From Negativicutes bacterium (GTDB taxonomy: Bacteria > Bacillota > Negativicutes > Sporomusales > JAOACF01): a DNA stretch of 64,000 nucleotides. The stretch is from positions 1,737 through 65,736 of the forward strand of contig JAOACF010000003.1 of assembly GCA_026417995.1 (NCBI GenBank). The letters run 5' to 3'. A program made the position numbers and the translations under genes. This document shows, piece by piece, positions 17,556 to 27,098 of this stretch. The stretch's first letter is position 1, and every line of letters starts with the position of its first letter. Under the pieces are notes generated by a model. The model did not search any database. It was not told the origin of the DNA and saw only the letters and a list, made by a program, of their open reading frames with translations.

Positions 17556-19922
17556 CTTTATGTAATTTTTCGCGAGGCGGACGGCGGCGACTGCGTCCGG
17601 CGCATAGAGGTCGGCGCCGGACGAGCGGGCATATTCGGGCGTGAGCACTGCGCCGCCCACCATCACGCAGGGTCGGAGACCGGCTTGGCGCAGCGCAGCG
17701 ATAGTGCTGTCAATATAGGGAAGGGTGGTGGTCATGAGAGAGCACAAGCCGACAATATCGGGCTGATGTTCTTTTGCGGCTGCAACTACTTGCTCCGGGG
17801 CCACGTCTTTGCCCAGATCGATCACTTTAAAACCGCTGTTTTCCATAAGCGCGGCGACAATATTTTTGCCGAGATCATGAATATCGCCCTTAACGGTGGC
17901 CAGCAGCACTTTGCCGGCGTTTGCCGGTTGCCCGGCGGGGAGAAAACTGCGCAGAGCCTGGAACCCAATGCGCATGGTTTCGGCGGCCAGCATTACCTGC
18001 GGCAAGTAGCATCGGCCCGCGCCAAAGGCTTCGCCGACTTCATTCATTGCCTGGGTAAAGCCGTTTTCGACAATTGTCAGCGAATCCTTGCCGGAGTTAA
18101 GCGCCGCTTGCACAAGCGGCAGTACGGCTTCCTTGCCGCCTTTGACGACAATATCCCGGATTTGACCTATGATATCCGCAGAGTTAAGCGGCGCGGAAGA
18201 CTGCGGGCTGTGCGGCTGCCGGGCGGCATAGCGGGCGCTGTACCCTGCGCCGTTGGCGTCATGCCCTAATAGCGCGGCTGACGCTGCCAGCGCGTCTTGC
18301 ATAAGTTGGTCGAAAGGATTGAGAATGGGCGCATCCAGCCCCGCGGCGAGCGCCATGCCCAGAAACGCGCTGTTCATTATATCTCGGCGGGGTAAGCCGT
18401 AGGATATATTGCTTAATCCCATTACGGTGGGATAACCGAACATTTCACGATAGAGGCGGAGCGTCTTGAGCGTTTCCTGTCCGGCCGAGGCATCGGCGGC
18501 AACGGTGAGCACCAGCGGATCGAGCAGCAAATCGCCTGGCTTAAGTCCGGCGGCGAAAGCGGCGGCGATGATATCCGCGGCGACCGCGACGCGTTCGGCG
18601 GCTGTATGCGGTACGCCGCTGCCGGCAAGCGGCAGGCAGAGTACAGCAGCTCCATACTTTTTGGCGAGAGGCAAAAACTCCTCCAGTCGCTCCCGCTCGG
18701 CGCTGACCGAATTAATCAGCGCCCTGCCGGGATATGTTCGCAGCCCTGCCTCCAGCGCGGCGGCGTCGGTGGTGTCGATTGACAGCGGCACTTGCACCAG
18801 TACAGATAAATCGGCAACGGCTTGCTTCATCGCTTTGGCCTGGTCGATGCCGGGAACGCCCATATTCACGTCTAAAATCATGGCGCCTGCTTCGACCTGG
18901 GCCAGAGCTTCTTTTTTTACCTGGCTGAAATCATGGGAGCGGATGCTTTCTGCCAGTGCTTTCCGGCCGCTGGGATTTATTCTTTCGCCAATTACGGCGG
19001 TAGGGAAGCCCTGGCCAAGCCAGATGGTCTGCGTGCGGCTGGAGAGTCTGACGGCATGAGCGGGAGGTTCTGCCGGCACGGGCGGAAGATGGCCTGCGGC
19101 CGCCTGGCTTATTGCCCGAATGTGGGCAGGCGTCGTGCCGCAGCAGCCGCCTAAATAACCGGCGCCTGCCGCAATGAGCCGTGGAACCCATTCGGCCATT
19201 TCCGCCGGGCTCATCGGGAAAACGGTCTTCCCGTTGACTAATTGCGGCATGCCGGCATTGGGCTGAACGCTTACCGGTATCCGGACACTTTTGGCTAATG
19301 TTGCGATAACCGGCAGCAATTGGGCCGGACCGAGCGAACAATTCGCGCCGATAATGTCCGCGCCGAGCGCTTCTAGTGTGGTTGCGGCCGTCACGGCGTC
19401 CGTGCCGGTCAATGTGCGCCCATCGCCGCTAAATGACAGCTGGCAGACGACCGGGCGTTTGGATGCCGCTTTGGCGGCGAGAAGCGCGGCGCGCATTTCC
19501 TGGATATCAATAATCGTTTCAATGATCAGCATATCTACGCCCGCTTTATCCAGGGCGGCAATCTGTTCATAGTATATGTCATAGACTTCGTCAAACTCGA
19601 GGTCGCCCAGCGGGCTGATAAATTTGCCGGTTGGCCCGACAGAGCCGGCAATCAGCGCCCGTTCGCCGACTGCGCGCGCGGCCTTGACCCCGGCCTGGTT
19701 AATTGCTTCGACTTGTTTTTCCAAGCCGTAATGCGACAGCTTAATCCGGTTGGCGCCAAAGGTATTTGTTTCAATAATATGGGCCCCGGCCTCTAGATAA
19801 GCGCGATGGACGGCGCTTATCTTGGCGGGCTGTTCGAGGTTCCATAGTTCCGGGCACTGCCCGGCCGTCAGGCCGGCTTCCTGCAGCATCGTGCCCATTG
19901 CTCCGTCAAAGATGTAAATCAT
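17529..19922 (-). CDS. metH: Methionine synthase core (Hcy S-methyltransferase + pterin-binding + B12-binding domains), lacking the activation domain
   Basis: 797 aa. N-terminal IFDGAMGTMLQ, GGCCGTTP, and the cobalamin-binding DIHDLGKNIV region. Confidence 0.9.
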   Translation of the reverse strand: MIYIFDGAMGTMLQEAGLTAGQCPELWNLEQPAKISAVHRAYLEAGAHIIETNTFGANRIKLSHYGLEKQVEAINQAGVKAARAVGERALIAGSVGPTGKFISPLGDLEFDEVYDIYYEQIAALDKAGVDMLIIETIIDIQEMRAALLAAKAASKRPVVCQLSFSGDGRTLTGTDAVTAATTLEALGADIIGANCSLGPAQLLPVIATLAKSVRIPVSVQPNAGMPQLVNGKTVFPMSPAEMAEWVPRLIAAGAGYLGGCCGTTPAHIRAISQAAAGHLPPVPAEPPAHAVRLSSRTQTIWLGQGFPTAVIGERINPSGRKALAESIRSHDFSQVKKEALAQVEAGAMILDVNMGVPGIDQAKAMKQAVADLSVLVQVPLSIDTTDAAALEAGLRTYPGRALINSVSAERERLEEFLPLAKKYGAAVLCLPLAGSGVPHTAAERVAVAADIIAAAFAAGLKPGDLLLDPLVLTVAADASAGQETLKTLRLYREMFGYPTVMGLSNISYGLPRRDIMNSAFLGMALAAGLDAPILNPFDQLMQDALAASAALLGHDANGAGYSARYAARQPHSPQSSAPLNSADIIGQIRDIVVKGGKEAVLPLVQAALNSGKDSLTIVENGFTQAMNEVGEAFGAGRCYLPQVMLAAETMRIGFQALRSFLPAGQPANAGKVLLATVKGDIHDLGKNIVAALMENSGFKVIDLGKDVAPEQVVAAAKEHQPDIVGLCSLMTTTLPYIDSTIAALRQAGLRPCVMVGGAVLTPEYARSSGADLYAPDAVAAVRLAKNYIKTVKERPLS

Positions 19923-20605
19923 TGTTCAGGCTCCTTTCTGGCGATACAGCGCCGGTGCGGGCAGTTTTGGCAGTTTCGCGGCTGCCGCTGCGGCGAAGCA
20001 GCTGCCGGGATTGTGGGATATAACCCGATGACGGCGGTAATTGACTTGCGGGGTGTGAGCATGAGGGAGGCGGTTATATTCACGCCGATTTCGCCGGCAT
20101 GGGCAAGGCGCAGCATTTCCGGCTGGATGGATATTGCCCAATCGCCATAGCCCGGGCTAAACCGGGGGGTGGCGCCATATCCCTGCTGTGCCCCGTTATT
20201 TACAATCAGCCTTTCCAGACTATCTGCGACTTCTTCCACGGCGGCCGAGCCGGCGGCGTCCAGCAATAAGCCGCTCGTATATTCGCCTTTGCCAAACAGC
20301 GCCGCGGCGCGTTCCTCCACGCCAGGGCCGATTGTTGCGGCAAGTATGGCCACGCTGACGCAGCCCGCAAGATGGCGCCGAATATGCTGTCCTTCCAGTG
20401 TAACCGGCTGGCAGGAATGGATTTCGCCGCTTGCGCAGGAGTAATCGTACACTTGCCATATGCCCCGCGGTGAAGCCAGGCATTGCGCCTCAAGGCAGGC
20501 CGCGGCAACCAATTCGGCCGGAAAATCGCCGCTGTTTTTTAATCCGGCGTAGCGGGCCGTTTCCTTTGGATTTATCCGGCGGAGCGCCGCATTGTAAACC
20601 GGCAT
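19919..20605 (-). CDS. Stand-alone methionine synthase activation (AdoMet-binding) domain protein
   Basis: Start trimmed to MPVYNAALRRINPKETARYAGL (SD GGAGGG). 4-nt ATGA overlap with the metH start. Confidence 0.7.
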   Translation of the reverse strand: MPVYNAALRRINPKETARYAGLKNSGDFPAELVAAACLEAQCLASPRGIWQVYDYSCASGEIHSCQPVTLEGQHIRRHLAGCVSVAILAATIGPGVEERAAALFGKGEYTSGLLLDAAGSAAVEEVADSLERLIVNNGAQQGYGATPRFSPGYGDWAISIQPEMLRLAHAGEIGVNITASLMLTPRKSITAVIGLYPTIPAAASPQRQPRNCQNCPHRRCIARKEPEQ

Positions 20606-20671
20606 AATTCCCTCCATAAACAAAATGCCCATCCCTCGGCAGGGGGGCGACGATCTTACATAATTGTCAAT

Positions 20672-20701
20672 ACTATAGCGCAGTATTTTATTGCCTGTCA
20701 A
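20672..20701 (-). promoter_or_regulatory. sigmaA-type promoter of the metH operon
   Basis: Minus strand: TTGACA (rc of 20696-20701), 18 nt spacer, TATAGT (rc of 20672-20677). Confidence 0.5.
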
Positions 20702-20837
20702 GACATAAGATTCCAATTATTATGTTAACTTTACAGCACTCTTTTTTACGTCCGACTTTATTATTCGCAGGAGATTATTATTTTAGTGTGGAATGTTTCC
20801 ATTTACTGATGCAAAGACTGGTTATGAGGTGAAATTT

Positions 20838-21599
20838 GTGGTTAAAGTTATTGCCATTGCCAATCAGAAAGGCGGGGTCGGCAAGACAACGACATCGGTT
20901 AACTTAAGCGCCTGCCTGGCTGAACTTGGCAGGAAGGTATTGTTGGTTGATATTGATCCCCAGGGTAACACTACCAGTGGTCTGGGAATAAATAAATCTA
21001 CCATTAAACGCTGTGTTTATGATGCTCTTGTTAACGATGTCCCGGTGGAATCGATTATTCTGCCGACGCAAGTGGACAACCTGTGGTTGTTGCCGGCCAC
21101 CATTCAACTGGCCGGAGCGGAAATCGAATTGGTATCGGTTATGTCGCGCGAAACGAAATTTAAACGGATGCTGGACAAAGTAAAGTATGCTTACGATTTT
21201 GTGATTATCGATTGTCCGCCGTCACTGGGGCTCTTGACGATAAATTCGCTGACTGCCGCCAATTCTGTCTTGGTGCCGATCCAATGTGAGTTTTACGCGC
21301 TGGAAGGATTATCTCAGCTCATGAACACTATCGCGCTGGTGCAAAAAAATCTCAACCCTGCCTTGTCGCTGGAGGGGGTTGTTCTCACTATGTTTGACGC
21401 TCGTACCAATTTGTCCATTCAAGTGGTGGATGAAGTGAAAAATCATTTCCGCAGCAAAGTGTATCAAACCATTATTCCCCGCAATGTCCGCTTAAGCGAG
21501 GCCCCCAGCCACGGACAGCCGGTGATTAAATACGACCCCAAATCAAAGGGGTCGGAAGTGTATTTCGACTTAGCCAAAGAGGTGATTGGTGATGAATAA
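20838..21599 (+). CDS. soj: Chromosome partitioning ATPase ParA/Soj
   Basis: GTG 20838 after GAGGTG. VIAIANQKGGVGKTTT deviant Walker A. Confidence 0.92.
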   Translation: MVKVIAIANQKGGVGKTTTSVNLSACLAELGRKVLLVDIDPQGNTTSGLGINKSTIKRCVYDALVNDVPVESIILPTQVDNLWLLPATIQLAGAEIELVSVMSRETKFKRMLDKVKYAYDFVIIDCPPSLGLLTINSLTAANSVLVPIQCEFYALEGLSQLMNTIALVQKNLNPALSLEGVVLTMFDARTNLSIQVVDEVKNHFRSKVYQTIIPRNVRLSEAPSHGQPVIKYDPKSKGSEVYFDLAKEVIGDE

Positions 21600-22485
21600 G
21601 CGTGGTCTGGGACGCGGCCTGAATGCAATTATCCCGACGGTAGTCGCGCAAGATGCTGAGGCAGCAAGCGAAATTGCCATTAGCGACATAGTGCCTAATC
21701 GATTTCAGCCCAGGCGGGTATTCGATCCCGAAAAACTGGCCGAGCTGGCCGATTCTATCAGGCAATACGGTGTGCTGCAGCCTGTCGTAGTGCGCAAGAC
21801 AGTAACGGGTTATGAGCTGGTTGCGGGGGAGCGCCGCTTGCGCGCGTCGCAGATGGCCGGGCGCAAAACCATCCCAGCGGTCATCCGCGAATATACCGAT
21901 GCGGAAATGACCGAGATCGCGCTGATTGAAAATCTTCAGCGACATGACCTCAACCCTATTGAAGAGGCAATGGCCTTTCGCAAGCTTATGACTGAATTTG
22001 GCCTTACGCAGGAAGAGGTGGCGATAAAGATTGGCCGCAGTCGGTCGCTGATAGCCAATATTGTGCGGATGCTCAATCTGCATCCGGCAGTGCAAGAACA
22101 TGTTTCACGTGGAACATTAACTATTGGTCAGGCACGGCCGCTTCTAGCGCTAGAGCAGGGAGAACAGCAGGTGGAAGCGGCCACAATGATCATCGAAGGC
22201 GACTTGTCTGCCCGGGATGCCGAAGAATTGGTGCGCCGGATGCTGGCGGCGCCCAAAAGCAAGCGCAAGGCCAAGGCGCAGGAGCGGCAAGAGGTTTTCC
22301 TGGCCGAAGCGGAGGATCGCCTAAAGCTCCTGCTGGGGGCCCAGGTCAAAATAAAACCGGGCAAACTAAAGAGTAAAATTGAAATCGAATTTAATTCAAT
22401 GGACGACATTGAGCGTCTGATTGAAACTTTAGCAGCACCGCTGCAGGCTGCTGCAACCAAGCCGGTCAAAGCGCTGATCGTGTAA
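21589..22485 (+). CDS. spo0J: Chromosome partitioning protein ParB/Spo0J
   Basis: MNKRGLGRGLNAIIP, GERRLRAS. The start overlaps the end of soj. Confidence 0.92.
   Translation: MMNKRGLGRGLNAIIPTVVAQDAEAASEIAISDIVPNRFQPRRVFDPEKLAELADSIRQYGVLQPVVVRKTVTGYELVAGERRLRASQMAGRKTIPAVIREYTDAEMTEIALIENLQRHDLNPIEEAMAFRKLMTEFGLTQEEVAIKIGRSRSLIANIVRMLNLHPAVQEHVSRGTLTIGQARPLLALEQGEQQVEAATMIIEGDLSARDAEELVRRMLAAPKSKRKAKAQERQEVFLAEAEDRLKLLLGAQVKIKPGKLKSKIEIEFNSMDDIERLIETLAAPLQAAATKPVKALIV
22101..22116. promoter_or_regulatory. parS: parS site inside spo0J (one mismatch)
   Basis: TGTTTCACGTGGAACA versus consensus TGTTNCACGTGAAACA. Confidence 0.75.
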
Positions 22486-22486
22486 T

Positions 22487-22502
22487 TGTTTCACGTGAAA
22501 CA
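22487..22502. promoter_or_regulatory. parS: Perfect parS site 2 nt after the spo0J stop
   Basis: TGTTTCACGTGAAACA, a perfect 16-bp palindrome. Confidence 0.9.
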
Positions 22503-22524
22503 CGCGTGGTGATGAGGTGGAATA

Positions 22525-23925
22525 GTGCGTATAGAAAGAGATTTGCTGGGAGAATATCCTGTTCCCCGGGATGCTTACTATGGTATACATACCGCAAGGG
22601 CACGGGATAATTTTAGGCTTACAGGCGCACCGGTTCATCCGCGATTAATAGCGGCGATTGCTTTGATCAAAAAGGCAGCGGCCGCTATTAATGCTGAACT
22701 GGGGTATCTTTCGCGGGATATTGCCGCTGCTATCAGTACCGCAGCAGATGAAATAAGGGCCGGTAAGTGGGCGGAGCAGTTTCCGGTTGATGCGCTGCAG
22801 GGCGGCGCCGGGACGTCTACCAACATGAATGTCAATGAAGTGATTGCCAATCGCGCTATTGAACTGCTTGGCGGTGAACGCGGCGACTATCGGTTGGTGC
22901 ATCCGGTCAACCATGTCAATATGCATCAGTCAACCAACGATGTTTATCCCACGGCGCTGCGCATTGCCGCCATCGAACTGCTGCAGCCGCTGAGCGCAAA
23001 TTGCGCCAGGCTTCAGGCGGCGCTGCAGGAAAAAGAAGCGGAGTTTGCCGATGTGATTAAGGTCGGACGAACCCAACTTCAGGACGCCGTGCCCATTATG
23101 CTGGGGCAGGAGTTCAGTGCGTACGCGCAAGCCATTGCGCGTGACCGCTGGCGGCTCTATAAAGTGGAAGAACGTCTGCGGCAGATTAACCTTGGCGGCA
23201 CAGCTGTGGGGACAGGATTAAACGCCGACCAAAAGTACATATATATGGTCAATGACCGCGTTAGGGAATATGCGCGACTGGGCTTGGCCAGAGCGGAGAA
23301 TATGATCGATATAACGCAAAATGCGGATGTATTTGTGGAAGTTTCCGGCTTACTCAAAGCCCTTGCGGTTAACCTGACGAAAATAGCTAACGACTTAAGA
23401 TTAATGTCATCCGGGCCGCGCGCCGGTTTTGGCGAAATACGGCTGCCCGAAATGCAGGCCGGATCGTCGATAATGCCCGGTAAGGTCAACCCGGTAATTC
23501 CGGAGGCCGTCAATCAGGCCGCTTATCATATTATGGCTTCCGATATGGCCGTAACCCTGGCGGCGCAGGCCGGACAACTGGAACTTAATGCTTTTCTGCC
23601 GCTGCTGGCGCATCACTTGCTGCACGGCATAGAAACGCTTACGCGAGCGGCAGAACTGTTGGCAGAGCGCTGCATCAGCGGGATTAGCGCCAACCGGGAA
23701 CACTGTCTGGCGCTGCTCAACGAGAGTTTGGCGGTGGCGGCGGCGCTAACCCCTTATCTCGGATATGACCTGGCGAGCGAAGTGGCACATGCCGCGAGCG
23801 AGCAAGGAAGATCGGTAACCGATGTTGTTTTGGCCAAAGAGCTGCTGCCCGAAGTACGGTTGCGGGCGATTACTAATCCGGTTGCGATGACAAGACCGGG
23901 CATACATGAGCATAAGCAAAGTTAA
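22525..23925 (+). CDS. aspA: Aspartate ammonia-lyase
   Basis: QGGAGTSTNMNVNEV and GSSIMPGKVNPVIPE are aspartase-type rather than fumarase-type signatures. GTG start after GAGGTGG. Confidence 0.88.
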   Translation: MRIERDLLGEYPVPRDAYYGIHTARARDNFRLTGAPVHPRLIAAIALIKKAAAAINAELGYLSRDIAAAISTAADEIRAGKWAEQFPVDALQGGAGTSTNMNVNEVIANRAIELLGGERGDYRLVHPVNHVNMHQSTNDVYPTALRIAAIELLQPLSANCARLQAALQEKEAEFADVIKVGRTQLQDAVPIMLGQEFSAYAQAIARDRWRLYKVEERLRQINLGGTAVGTGLNADQKYIYMVNDRVREYARLGLARAENMIDITQNADVFVEVSGLLKALAVNLTKIANDLRLMSSGPRAGFGEIRLPEMQAGSSIMPGKVNPVIPEAVNQAAYHIMASDMAVTLAAQAGQLELNAFLPLLAHHLLHGIETLTRAAELLAERCISGISANREHCLALLNESLAVAAALTPYLGYDLASEVAHAASEQGRSVTDVVLAKELLPEVRLRAITNPVAMTRPGIHEHKQS

Positions 23926-23939
23926 CGGGAGGAAAGGAC

Positions 23940-25163
23940 ATGCAAGAGACGCCGAAAGGCTCGCGCCTGCATATTGCCATCTTCGGACGGCGCAATGCCG
24001 GAAAGTCGAGCTTAATCAATGCTTTGACCAACCAGGATATAGCGCTTGTTTCCCCTGTGCCGGGCACAACGACCGATCCGGTGTACAAAGCGATGGAAAT
24101 ATTGCCGGTGGGGCCGGTAATGCTGATAGATACGGCCGGTATTGACGACGAGGGCGAACTTGGACAGCTCAGGGTGGAGCGAACGCTGCAGGTCCTTGCT
24201 AAAACTGATCTGGCGATTTTGCTGCTTGAACCGGAAAAAGGGGTCAGCGAGTTTGAGCTGTCGCTGGCACAGGCAATACGCCGACGCACGCTGCCGCTCA
24301 TCGCCGCCGTCAATAAAACCGACCTAGTCCAGCCGGAAAAGGAAAAAATGTCCGAATGGGCGGCAGAACTGGGAGTGCAGTTGCTGCCAGTAAGCGCCAA
24401 AACAGGCGCGGGAATCGAAGAATTAAAGCGCTTAATTATCCGGAATGCGCCTGATGACTGGGAGGGACCGCCGATAATCGGCGATTTGCTGCTGCCCGGC
24501 GACACCGTCGTGCTGGTGGTCCCAATCGATTTGGCCGCACCCAAAGGGCGGCTGATACTGCCGCAAGTCCAGACCATTCGCGATATACTAGATCATGACG
24601 CTTACTGCGTGGTAACCAAAGAGCGGGAGCTGCGGGCGGTTTTGGCGAACCTAAACCAGCCGCCCCGTATCGTGGTCACTGACTCGCAGGAGTTTCTTAA
24701 AGTGGCGGCCGATACGCCGCCTGAGGTGCAGTTAACGTCATTTTCGATCCTGATGGCGCGGCACAAAGCGGATTTGCCCACGCTTGCCGCCGGCGCGAAA
24801 GCTATCAGCAGCCTTAAACCCGGCGACAGGGTGCTGATTGCCGAGGGATGCACCCATCACCGGCAGGCAGATGATATTGGGCAGGTAAAAATACCCCGCT
24901 GGCTGCGGCAACAAGTGGGCGGCGATTTGCAATTCGATTGGGTTTCCGGCGGCAGCTTTCCCCAGGATCTGACACCGTATAAGCTCATTGTGCACTGCGG
25001 CGCATGCATGCTTAACCGGCGGGAGATGCTGCATCGGTTATCGGTAGCGCGGGAGCAAGGGGTGCCAATCGTGAATTACGGTGTTTTAATCGCGCATGTG
25101 CACGGCATTTTGCACCGCGCCCTGGCACCATTTCCGCTGGCCCGCATGGCGCTTGAGGAGTAG
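23940..25163 (+). CDS. hydF: [FeFe]-hydrogenase H-cluster maturation GTPase HydF
   Basis: GRRNAGKSSLINAL, DTAGID, and the C-terminal cluster-binding EGCTHH...HCGACM (CxH...HCxxC). Confidence 0.88.
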   Translation: MQETPKGSRLHIAIFGRRNAGKSSLINALTNQDIALVSPVPGTTTDPVYKAMEILPVGPVMLIDTAGIDDEGELGQLRVERTLQVLAKTDLAILLLEPEKGVSEFELSLAQAIRRRTLPLIAAVNKTDLVQPEKEKMSEWAAELGVQLLPVSAKTGAGIEELKRLIIRNAPDDWEGPPIIGDLLLPGDTVVLVVPIDLAAPKGRLILPQVQTIRDILDHDAYCVVTKERELRAVLANLNQPPRIVVTDSQEFLKVAADTPPEVQLTSFSILMARHKADLPTLAAGAKAISSLKPGDRVLIAEGCTHHRQADDIGQVKIPRWLRQQVGGDLQFDWVSGGSFPQDLTPYKLIVHCGACMLNRREMLHRLSVAREQGVPIVNYGVLIAHVHGILHRALAPFPLARMALEE

Positions 25164-25250
25164 GCCGGTCCGGAAATGTCCGGAAGAGGCAATGCAGATA
25201 AATAATTGGTAGCACCAGAGATACTCACCTAGGAGACGGGGAATACGAAC

Positions 25251-26402
25251 GTGATTTATCTTGATAACGCGGCAACGACCTGGCCCAAACCCGAAAGTGT
25301 TTATCAGGCGGTCGAGCAGTACATGCGGCACCTGGGCGCAAGCCCCGGCCGAGGAGGGCACAGCAAGGCGCGCGCGGCCGGGTATATACTATATGAGGCA
25401 CGGGAACTGCTGGCGCAATTATTTGGCATTCAAGACCCCAACCGAATAAGTTTTATGCACAATGCCACTGACGCAATCAATACCGCGTTATTTGGTCTGC
25501 TGTCTGCCGGCGATACCGTGGTTACCACGGCGATGGAGCACAATGCGGTGGCCAGGCCGCTCCGCGCGCTGGAAAAGCAAGGCGTTGTCGTGCGGGTGGC
25601 AAAATGCGGCAGGGACGGCAGGGTCGATCTGGCAGACATGGAGCGCTTGCTAGCCGCTGGCGCCAAAGCAGTTGTCATGACTCATGCCTCCAATGTTACC
25701 GGTACGCTGATGCCGGTGCAGGCTGCCGGAGAATTAGCGCGGCGGCACGGTGCGGTTATGATTGTCGATGCCGCGCAAACAGCCGGGATAGAGCCTATCG
25801 ACGTGGCAAGCATGGCAATCGATGTCTTGGCGTTCAGCGGGCATAAAGGCCTTCTGGGGCCGCAAGGCACCGGCGGGCTTTATGTAAGACCGGGCCTTAA
25901 CATAAAACCGCTTCGCTTTGGCGGTACCGGCAGTTTGTCGGAAAGCGACCGGCAGCCGGATTTTTTGCCGGATTGCCTGGAAAGCGGCACGGCAAATACG
26001 CCGGGAATCGCCGGCTTGGCGGCCGGCGTGCGGTTTATTCTGGCTACGGGTATAGAAGCGATTTGCGCCTGGGAAAGGCGGCTTGCCGGGATGCTTTTTC
26101 AGGGGCTGGCCGAAATTCCGGGCGTGTCGGTATTGGGGCCGACTGACCCCAATTTACGCACGGCGGTAGTCGCTTTTACGCTGGGCAATATGGATAGCTC
26201 GCTGCTCAGTTACCGGTTGGACGAGGAGTACGGGATTATCAGCCGGGGCGGACTGCACTGCGCGCCTTGGGCCCATCAAACGCTGGGAACAACGGCGACA
26301 GGCGCGGTGCGGTTAAGTCCGGGCTGGTTTACAACCGAAGCGGAGATTGCGGCGGCGCTCAAGGCAGTGCGCGCTCTTGCCCGGGAGGGGGTGAGCACAT
26401 GA
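25251..26402 (+). CDS. Class V aminotransferase, cysteine desulfurase/selenocysteine lyase family
   Basis: MIYLDNAATTWPKP, SGHKGLLGPQGTGGLY (PLP lysine), GGLHCAPWAH. Confidence 0.85.
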   Translation: MIYLDNAATTWPKPESVYQAVEQYMRHLGASPGRGGHSKARAAGYILYEARELLAQLFGIQDPNRISFMHNATDAINTALFGLLSAGDTVVTTAMEHNAVARPLRALEKQGVVVRVAKCGRDGRVDLADMERLLAAGAKAVVMTHASNVTGTLMPVQAAGELARRHGAVMIVDAAQTAGIEPIDVASMAIDVLAFSGHKGLLGPQGTGGLYVRPGLNIKPLRFGGTGSLSESDRQPDFLPDCLESGTANTPGIAGLAAGVRFILATGIEAICAWERRLAGMLFQGLAEIPGVSVLGPTDPNLRTAVVAFTLGNMDSSLLSYRLDEEYGIISRGGLHCAPWAHQTLGTTATGAVRLSPGWFTTEAEIAAALKAVRALAREGVST

Positions 26403-27082
26403 AGGGAACGATAATGAATGCCGCCGCCGTGATCGCGGGCTGCGGCGTGGGGTTGATTCTCCGCCGGGGTATTCCGGCGCGTTATCAGCAGACCCTGATG
26501 CAAGGGTTGGGGCTGGCTGTTTTTTTGATAGGTTTACAAATGGCCGTAAAGACGCAGAATATATTGGTGGTAATCATCAGTATGTCGGTAGGCGCCCTTG
26601 CCGGAGAAGCGCTGGATATTGACCGGGCTCTGAAGCGTTTCAGCGAAAATATTGCGGACAAGCTTGGCGGCAACCACGGCAAAGTGGCAGAAGGCTTTAT
26701 GACGGCAAGTCTGATGTTCTGTATCGGCGCCATGGCGGTAGTGGGATCCATTCAGGATGGCCTCACCGGAGATACCAGCACGCTGTATGCCAAATCGCTG
26801 CTAGATGCGATTGTTTCGGTAGTCCTGACTTCCAGTTTGGGTATCGGCGTGGGCATATCCAGTGTGGCGGTTCTTGTCTACCAGGGAACCATTACGCTCC
26901 TGGCGGGATTTTTCAGTACGCTGCTTTCAGAGGCGGCAGTAAAGGAACTGACTGCGGTGGGCGGCTTGCTGATCATGGGAATTGGCATGATGATGCTGGA
27001 AATTAAAACAATTAAAGTCGCCAATCTACTGCCGGCAATACCTGCGGCAGCAGTCATCACATATATAGTAAGCTTAGTGTAG
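26399..27082 (+). CDS. DUF554 family membrane protein
   Basis: Start trimmed to MKGTIMNAAAVIAGCGVG. ATGA overlap with the preceding stop. Polytopic hydrophobic profile. Confidence 0.7.
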   Translation: MKGTIMNAAAVIAGCGVGLILRRGIPARYQQTLMQGLGLAVFLIGLQMAVKTQNILVVIISMSVGALAGEALDIDRALKRFSENIADKLGGNHGKVAEGFMTASLMFCIGAMAVVGSIQDGLTGDTSTLYAKSLLDAIVSVVLTSSLGIGVGISSVAVLVYQGTITLLAGFFSTLLSEAAVKELTAVGGLLIMGIGMMMLEIKTIKVANLLPAIPAAAVITYIVSLV

Positions 27083-27098
27083 GAAGGATGTATAAACT

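Noticed and set aside
20606-20671. SAM or cobalamin riboswitch upstream of the metH operon.
   Set aside because: The leader is only ~60 nt and has none of the conserved SAM-I or B12-box sequences.
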